A DNA stretch of 64,000 nt, from positions 19,654,001 through 19,718,000 of the forward strand of contig OX442314.1 of the NCBI GenBank assembly GCA_949358305.1, written 5' to 3'. The notes beneath the pieces are model-generated. The model did not search any database, had not been told where the DNA came from, and saw nothing but the letters and a program-made list of their open reading frames with translations. Position 1 is the stretch's first letter; every line of letters begins with the position of its first letter. Positions 55,514-64,000 of the stretch are shown here, piece by piece. This stretch comes from Strigamia acuminata (Eukaryota). The position numbers and the translations under genes are program-made.

Positions 55514-58500
55514 TACAGTCAGTTTGGTCAATTTAGATCCGCGTTGTAAAGGATACCGTGTTCAATCAGCATCTTGCGTTCTATTAGAGCATTTATAGTA
55601 TAATGGGTTATTTGTTGACGTTGTAACGGAATTTTTAATTTACTTATTGGTTTTTTTTTTTTGCAAGTTGGCTTTACTGATTTTCTGTTTTTCCTTTCTT
55701 TTATCCCGACAACAAACCGAGCTGGTTTTTCTCGGCTGTCCTTTGTTCCCTTTGTCAAATTATTCAGGGCAACTTGTGTGGTTCTATAATCTAGCGTGTC
55801 ATTTCAAGAACATGGCACGAGAGGCCGAGAAGGGGAAAGAGTGGGGCTATTGGATTGGCCCGTCTCAAAAGACCCACCAACACCAGGTGTATTCTCCCCA
55901 ATCACCCCCCTATGATGAAATAAAAACATCTACGTTGACTGTGCTGTTCGAAACTTCCTGTTGAATGCTTCCTTTGTCTTCCTTTGACCACCTAGGAATA
56001 ATTTAAGTCAACTCGCGCTATTAAAAACAAGAAAAACGCAGTTGTGTTGAGGTGAAAAGTATTTACATAATAATCCATTGGGTAACGAGAGGTCAATAAA
56101 TCTATAATTTGCCGTTCACGTTAAAATGCTCAGGATTTTTTACTTGTTCGAGTTTGAAGTATTTGAACAGCTTGAAATTTTCGAGCCATTAGAGTCGTGG
56201 AGAGTGGCAGGTTGATGGCGTGATCAAACAGAAATTTGAATGTGTGCTACTCGTGATAGGAATCTTTCACGCACGATTCCTTTTGTCTTTTCGTGAACGG
56301 AAAGCTTTAGTCGTTTTATTCTCACACGGATAAAAATGCGCAGTAATCATCAGCATGCTCATTTTTATGTGTTATTTATTTTTTGAAATGACTGACGTTG
56401 GGTGGGCGTTTCCAGTAATGGCCGCCTATAGCCGGGTTATCGGGTTTCCACTCGAGGGGTGTGTCAACATGACACAGTCTAAGATTGGCTCACAAGTATG
56501 TGGTTGCATTGGCCCCTAGTGGTGACAAACGACAGTTGAGTTTGAATGCAGCGCCACCTGTACATACTCAAACGTTTGATGGATGTATTTTGTCGATTTT
56601 CCACTTGATTTTTTTTTTTTTTTTTTGCTACTTTTGTTATTTCGTGCTTCTTGTCAACCGACTAGGTTTATTTATTTTCTTCTTTTCTTTTCTTAATCTT
56701 TGTATCAGACGTGATTTTCTAAAGCGGAGTATTATGTAAAAGCCGTATTATCTTGGGTTAGTGCTTAAAAAGTCTATTAATTTATGACACGATGGTTAAT
56801 GGCGAACAGGTGAACAGTTAATGCAGTGATTTATTACGGCAGTTTGAAAAAATCAAAGCCCTAATATCATATATTGTAGTGCAGAATGTTTTCTTCTTGT
56901 TTTCTACTTAAGCTTTTGACGAATGATAGTGGGGAAACAAAAATTGTCGGTTTGTCTTGTGTTGACAGTGATTTATCAAGATTTTTGAAATGTTTATTGC
57001 GAGTTGGGTTGTAAAAAAATTTATTTATTTATTTATTATTATCGTTATTATTATTATTATTTTTTTTTTGTAAAATTAGATAAAAGAAATTTATTTTTAT
57101 TTTTTTGGTAAATGAGAAGCATAAAATTCCATTCTTGAGCTCGTTTTAATTTTTCACTCTTGTAAAAGCCTACTTAAATCCATTTCCCACATCATATCAC
57201 CTGCAAGATGAAAACGTGTGGCCATTTTGTGGTAAGATGTAATTTTATTGCAAAGATGGCGGCGAGATGTTTTAAGTGGCAAGAGGCCATGTGTGTGCGG
57301 TTTATGTAATAAGGCGTAGAAGCGGGTCATTGCACCTCATTACACACCTTCCTCCTCCACCTTCTACTGAGCTGGGAGCTTAATGAGGGATTAATTGCAT
57401 GAAGGAAAGCAACTACAAGTTGTATCATGATCTCAACCGTCTCTTAAATCATCATCAGCCTTCTCCCCTCCCCTCTCTCGGTGCTGCTACCATTTTTTGT
57501 TTTTCAAAATGAGTTTAAACTCGGCTGGAGGTCTCCTTTAAGAAATGCTTAGCATAGCAATAATATTATAAGGAAAAATGGATGAGAGAAGAAAATTATT
57601 ATTCCATGTGTAATGTGCTTGCCTCAGCAAGATGGAGAAGGAATATGTTAGTGGATTGATGGAGGTGGATTTCTGCATTTTAGATTTTATTTTTTTTCCA
57701 GGGGTATTGAGTAATGAGATATGCTCGATTCTTGCTGTGGTGCTTTCGAAAATAGAATTTTTTTTTCTCATTTCTTGAGACGTGTTTTGAGTTTATTTAT
57801 GAATCAAAACAAAATTTTTTGTAGAAAAAAATTTGATAAAACGGAATAACGTTTAAAACGCGTTTCCGTTTTGCTATGGATAAAAAATACATTGAAATGC
57901 ATTGGGTTTTGCGAGAATATATTTTTTGATTAGATTTTTGCGTGCTGTTGGTTTGCATTCTCAATGTTATTATTTGTCAAATACGAATGAATTTTGAAAA
58001 TGCATTTTTTCAATTGTAGTATGAAATGCATTAACTATATTGTAAAATATATTCTTTAGCCATGTGGGTTTTAGAGAGCTAAGTTTTTATTTGCACGAAA
58101 GTAGTTGCTTTTTAATGACTATCTAAAGTCGGTGTCTTAAACTGTTTATATTACATGCAATGGGTGCTGTAACATGATGTTTACACTTGCCCAGGAGCAT
58201 ACGAATGTATAAATAATTTAAATTCCACTGTCCTTGTCCTCTACACTTTATTTAACTGGGAGTAGGAATGTGTTTTGCTTTATACAACAGATGATGAGGC
58301 TTAAGGAGAAGCCAACCACTTCATTGGCAAGGGGGCGTAGGATTGGTCTGTCACTGCTAAATCAGAACAGATTCTCACCATTTGTGAAGACGGTAGGCGG
58401 CTGTGGGTGGGTAGGGGTGGCTAAAACTTCTCCTCATAATCCCCCGAGCTGTTCTTTCCACTCTCCATTTCCCAAGTGCCTACTAGCAACGTCTTTGAAT

Positions 58501-61500
58501 AAGATAAATGTAGAAGTGTAAATTCCTTTCTCTTCAATCTTTTCTTTCAGTGCAAGTGCAATGGAAGTTTAGAAGAGGAAATGAAGAGTTTTGTTTACAA
58601 TAGGATTTTGCAATGAGTTTTTCTTCTTTTTTTCTTCCCTTTTTTAACGTTGTAAATTTAAATTTTACAATAGAAAAAATTAAAATGTATATTTATTTAT
58701 TTAATTTTTTAATTTGGCGTGAGAAAAACTGGTTGAAAAGTATAGGAAAAAGCAGTAACTTGTTTCTTGTTGGTTTGAAGCACAAGAGCCATATATAGTG
58801 GGTGAATTATTTAAATTGCTATGGCATTAGGCGTCTTATACCGGAATCACGGAGGGGGTGCAAACGGTTAGTGGAACAGCTGAAGGAGAGATGCAGTTGG
58901 CCCATTTGGAGGCAGCAGTTGTGTTTATCAATGGTATAAAAGCAGATTTATGTGCTGTGGAGGATGGCGAGATTAAAATGCAATCCATGTGTGGCAAGCC
59001 AAAGCCACCAGCTCAAGTAGTTCTTCTCGCTTGACTTGGCCTGGCACCACTCGACGGGTTTGTTCTGGTGTGGCAACATGCGTCTCTCGCTGCAAAAAGG
59101 TCGTGATGTATTGAGAAATTTACGAGAGGAACATGGAGAGAATAGTCAATGATGGTGCTGGTGATAATAAAGATAAATCTTGTAAAAAAAAAATCAAAAA
59201 GAATGAGCTTGCTGCCATTGTTCTATTGTGTTCTTGGCTGGTGAAATTCATAATGATTGGAGATTTCCGTTTTGAAATTTCACATTAATTTTTTTTTTTT
59301 GAACATGTACAAATCGAATCACGTGAATTAGATTAGAAATTTGCAAGCTGGTCTACACTTTTCTTACCGTTATTACCTCGAGCCTCTAGGAGGCCATAAA
59401 ATATGAAACAAAGGGAGGTTAAGTATAAAAACATCTGGTGTCAGTTTTAATTTTTTTCCCCTGCTTTTTGCAATGCTCAAAGTCACTTAGGTGAGTTGTA
59501 ATAAATCATAAAAGCCGACATTACAGGGTGAGGGTTTATACTAGGGGGACGTGCCACTCCATCTGTTTACTCGAATTTAGTTTTTCTTTTTTTTTCTCTT
59601 GTAAATAAAAAAATAAAAAGACAAGGGGGGAAAAAAAGTGATGTTAGAGGGGAGTTATCTGTCTGAAACACGAGCTCTTTAGAGAAATAAATGGTTATGG
59701 ACCGCAGAAACTAATTTTGGAATTGTAGGCACATTCAAAGTTTAAATTAGTTAGCATGGCATTGTAGAGAATTTAAAATCCCTAGCATTGGTTGTGGATA
59801 GAATGAGTCAGAGCACGATGAAATGTTTATTGGTTGGGTTATTATACAATAAACAAATGCTTGGAGGATATAAACTGGACAATATACGCGGGGTTATTGG
59901 TAATAATTACGAAACAGTAATGTTTATTACCATGTTGAGAGTATTTGGGGTTAGGAGAGGGAGTGGAAATGATGCTAAGTGCAGGTTGAAACCCACCACC
60001 GAGAGCGTGTTAGGCCTAAGGTGGAGATAAAAGATTTAGCACAGGGTCATAAGGCAGCCAAATGGAGCAATATAAGCAGCAGTATTTCAACATTTAATGC
60101 GCTTTGATATTAGGTGATGGTGTGCACTGTTTCAATTTACTGCTGGCACGGCTTAAATTTGACATTTTGAGAATTTTGTGGGCAGCTTTCAACAAAATTG
60201 AATATTGCAACAACTCGGCTTTTTAGCTCGACGCCAATAGAACAAATGTTAATTTGCGTCTATTAATTATTCTTTTTGAAATTTTTTCTTGGGTCAATTT
60301 TTTTCTTCTTCTTTTTTTTAATGTAGGTTTATTTATTTTATTGATGTATATGTATGTACTGCAAAATATGTTTGGTTTATGCACTAAGGTTTATTCAATT
60401 GGCCTTTTTTTTCCTCTTCATCTTTCCTCCTATTCGCCTGTCATTTCAAGTCAATATTTGGATTCCAAATTGAAGCCAGTTCTTATTTTTTCTGCTTCTG
60501 TCTGTCAATCGAATGATTCTTTCAGTTTTTATTTTTTCAAGATGCAACCGAATTTAGATAGATAGAACAGCTCCAGTTTCCTTATTTTGATTTGAATTTT
60601 CTAAGTAAATATTGTACGGCATATTTCTGGTTTTGAAATATGAAATTTATGGAGCTTCGTAAATCGGAGAAATGATCAAATATATATATTTTTTTTTTAG
60701 CAATTTGAATTGAAAAAAAGAATTTAGCTATCAAAAGCTTTAGAAGAAAACTCGTTTTCCCGAATGCCTCGATCCTTGCCTTTGTCAACTTTGGGTACAC
60801 AACTTTTTATCTGACAGCAGGGGAGCTTTACAGGATAATTAGTGCTGTTGCCAATAAACAAAAGTGTGTGCAAGGGTTAAGAATAACAAATGAAGGCATT
60901 AGACGCATTCAAAGTTCAAGTCATAAACGGTTTGTATTTATTTGTGGTTTATGCAAATGTTTTGCAGTTGCACGAAAATTTGTTGCTTTACCACGTTTGG
61001 TGTTTACGACTTGAACTTTGAATTTGGTCGAATTTTCTTGGATTTTGTCGAAATCAAGAGAAGGAAGAGCAAATTAGAATATCTTATTTTGCTGAGGCTG
61101 AGGTGAATAGTGTAAAGTGTTGGGGATCAGCAACAAACAAGATGGTTGAGTATGTCAGCAAGAGATTTAAGGCCAGCGACCCCTGTAGCCTGTAGGGTTA
61201 ATACAATTCAGTAGGGGAGGTTGAAAGGGAAAGGCAGCTCAGTGATTGATTCAGCAATAAGCTCCATGCTTGTCTCCGTGTGCTGGCGACAGCCTTGGGG
61301 CCATGAAGAAGGTTCCTTTCCTTCCATGTGCGTATTGTCATTTTTCCTTCTGTTTGATGGACACGGGGGCAGTTCTTAGGTATTGTTGAATAGAAGCAAG
61401 TAATTTGTGAGATATGCCAAGAATTCTTCAAGTGCAGCCCCGAGAACAGATTGGAAGAACTTGGGCTGAAAAGACGAGTTGTATGTCGGGAAGGGTTTGG

Positions 61501-63705
61501 GGGGGATATTGTGGGATTCAACTCGAGGTTCCAATCTAACGCATTGCAAAGTCTGAAAGACGTTGTTGGTATTTGTTGCCCAACAGGATTTGATGACTTT
61601 ATTTTTGTTTGTGCTTGCTGATGTAAATTGATAAAAGTTTGAAAGTTTGCTAGTTTAATTAAAACGTGTCAGAATGGGAACTTATCAAGTTTCTATTTCC
61701 CATTGTAGATATAAGTTTATTTTGTGATTAAATAAAGCACATGATGATCCCAATATCGAAAGTCCTTGATGAAAAAGTATTTTATAGTTTTGTTTATTAA
61801 ACTTGTATTTCACTTCAATGTTTTTGTTCACACTTGGAAGTAAAGTAAAGTAAACAATTAAGAAGTAGAAGTAAGGTAATGCAAGTATGTTCATACTTGT
61901 TTGAAGTTGAAATAAGGATTATCCAATGAGAATTAAGGGGCAAGGTCTTGATCCAGAAGAATAACTGTATTAAGATGGCAGCCCAAAACCGGAGATATCA
62001 TAGGCTTGTTTTTGAAGATGAAGAATCCAAAGTTTTATTAAGTTGTTTACGGGTGCGCTCGTTTTACAGATATTGCGCAGTGTGGCGGAAAAGTAAGGTG
62101 GTGGAGATAGTTTTGATAATTCAATCTAGATAAAGAAAGTAATGGGTAGTAATAAAGTTTGTGTACGGATGGTAAATGGTAAGTTTATGTGTTGCTAAAA
62201 GATTTTATTTTTCTTTAGTAACCAACGAGTTTTAAAAGTCAATTTCAGTTTTTAAGCAGTCAGTTTTAGTTGTGATAGAGTCAGTGTGGTACTATGTGGT
62301 AATAAAAGTGTAGCAAAAGCAGTAAACATTACCACAAAGATGGTTTTATTATCCCATTTTGGAGGATAAGAGACCAGCAATTCCCTGCCCACTCCCATAT
62401 AGTAGTAACCACCTTTAATAACAGTTCTTTTAAAGTTGTCCACCTTGTTTGTTTTCGAACACAGCCGTGCGTTTGTTGTGGAGATCTAGTGGCTCCATCT
62501 GCTTTATTTTACAAGCAGACTGAAAGTAGATCTCATTTTGGCGAATGCTAATGGTCTGACCTTTTCTTTCCATGGACATGCAATTAGCTGTGGCTAATTG
62601 ATAAAGTGTAGAAACAGTCTGTCAAGCCTGAAGGCCTTCTATTGCTTCGTAGTCGGCCAGCAGCTGCTAAGCTGCTAGCAGTCGTTTTCAAACTAGGCAG
62701 TTATGGCCCATTTGGTAACCCCCCCACCAGCCATGTTAGCAGATAATGAACAAGTGAAGACTCTGCTCTTCTCGACGCTCTCATCAAATATGAGAATGTT
62801 TATACAATGCTTCTGAACTTGTTTGCATCATTAAACAAAACGCGGCGAATTAATAACTTGCAGAAAGGTGTTGGAAATAAATTTGAAATTCTAAAAGAAA
62901 AAGGAGATAATTGCATTTTTTTTTTTGCTAATAATAAAAATTAAAATAATAATTGAGGTTTGAAGCGCATTTGTTTCAATCTTGAATTACACACTTTCGC
63001 TTTTTGCACGTTGAAATTGATTTAAAAGACTGTTGTCTTTGCTTAATGGAAAATAAATGCAAATGGATGCCGAAATTGGATTAATCTGAAGAGGGTTTTT
63101 GTTTTTAATAATGCGATGCTCATTGAATTGTGTTTGAGTTTCGGAAAAGGCGCGAAACAATGCACTATTTTCTCGCGCCATCATTCCTTGATATAAATGT
63201 GAATGATTGACATGAGGTTTATTTTCTCCATTTACTTTGAAAGAAAAATGGAGGGGGAAAAGAATTGGGAGTGAAGAAATATTGGTTTTGAGCTCATTCT
63301 TGTGTACTGATGCACGACTGCTGCTCCTCATACATTTTCCCAAATGGCAGAGAAAGAAATTTCTGCTTGCTTGCATTCACTTTTTTCTCTTTTCTCTCCA
63401 TCTTTATCTTTGGGGAACGATATCCACAGATCAAATCTTTGTCTGTACTTGGAAATGGTGTTGAGAATAAAGAGCTGTTGCCATAGTAACCCCCACTATG
63501 ACTAGATGAAATAGTTATACAGAATGGGTTTTGTAATGGTGTAAAACAGCAGTGGAGAAACTACTGTTCCACTGTTGACAATTAACTTTGCCTTTCTTCT
63601 CCGTAGATGGAAATAAACGAGGATTTAGAGAATTTTTATGGTTTTTGTAATACCGGAATATTAAAAAGTAAAATAAATGAATTATTTTTTTTATTATTTT
63701 TTCAG

Positions 63706-63850
63706 GGAGAACTCATAGAGTTCTACTACTTATGGAAGAAAACTCCTCAAGCGGCAACTTCACGTCCTCATCGTCGTCATCGAAGACAAAATGTCCTCCG
63801 GCGAATTCGGACATGTCCACGATCAAGCCGTCCTGCTTCCAATGACTACT
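63706..63850 (+). CDS. RERE: Atrophin/RERE coding exon 10 (end of SANT, basic region), 145 nt; gene continues beyond window
   Basis: ttttttcag acceptor; [48 protein letters not shown]; donor GTACGT, phase 1. Confidence 0.95.
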
Positions 63851-63872
63851 GTACGTACCTTTATTACACATA

Positions 63873-64000
63873 CCGTATTTTATCGATTAAGAGCCGCGGC
63901 TCTTATTCAAAACTGCCATTTTTGTCAGCAATTACAATTTCGGTTTTTCGTTTGTTACATTTGTTTAATGATACCGTAATAAAAAATACCGTATTCTTGG
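63873..64000. mobile_element. Tc2/pogo-type MITE, copy 3 (internally deleted, runs off window)
   Basis: TA+CCGTATTTTATCGATTAAGAGCCGCGGCTCTTATTCAAAACTGCC..., same orientation as copies 1 and 2; central segment missing. Confidence 0.85.

Noticed and set aside
1186..63464. Most ORFs in the supplied six-frame track
   Set aside because: Short, low-complexity F/L/I/K-rich translations of AT-rich intron DNA with no recognisable domains; only those overlapping atrophin exons in frame or the gag remnant are meaningful.
14418..63850. Assignment to the MTA1/2/3 family (also BAH-ELM2-SANT)
   Set aside because: Motifs [25 protein letters not shown] and HRRHRRQ are characteristic of RERE/atrophin rather than MTA proteins.

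Overview
Eukaryotic, AT-rich invertebrate (bilaterian animal) genomic DNA; no prokaryotic features (no operons, CRISPR, rRNA or tRNA seen). The window is dominated by the 5' half of a large + strand Atrophin/RERE (Grunge/EGL-27 family) corepressor gene. I assembled ten GT-AG coding exons by hand (14418-63850, 1351 nt, ~450 codons, all phases compatible, no stops) encoding an Asn-rich N-terminus, BAH, ELM2 and SANT domains; the gene continues beyond the window. Nearly all ORFs in the supplied track are spurious intronic ORFs. Also present: a decayed Ty1/copia-like gag remnant at the left edge, three copies of a Tc2/pogo-type MITE, several palindromic MITE-like hairpins and simple repeats. The most interesting signal is a candidate short-isoform system: a CpG-rich internal promoter/first exon with uORFs in the intron that splits the SANT domain (49.5-50.1 kb), and a second strong, in-frame, ATG-starting splice acceptor 99 nt upstream of exon 10. 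A second candidate internal first exon, a cluster of RFX X-box motifs and CpG-free GC-richer patches also stand out. All regulatory and isoform calls are inferences from sequence alone.
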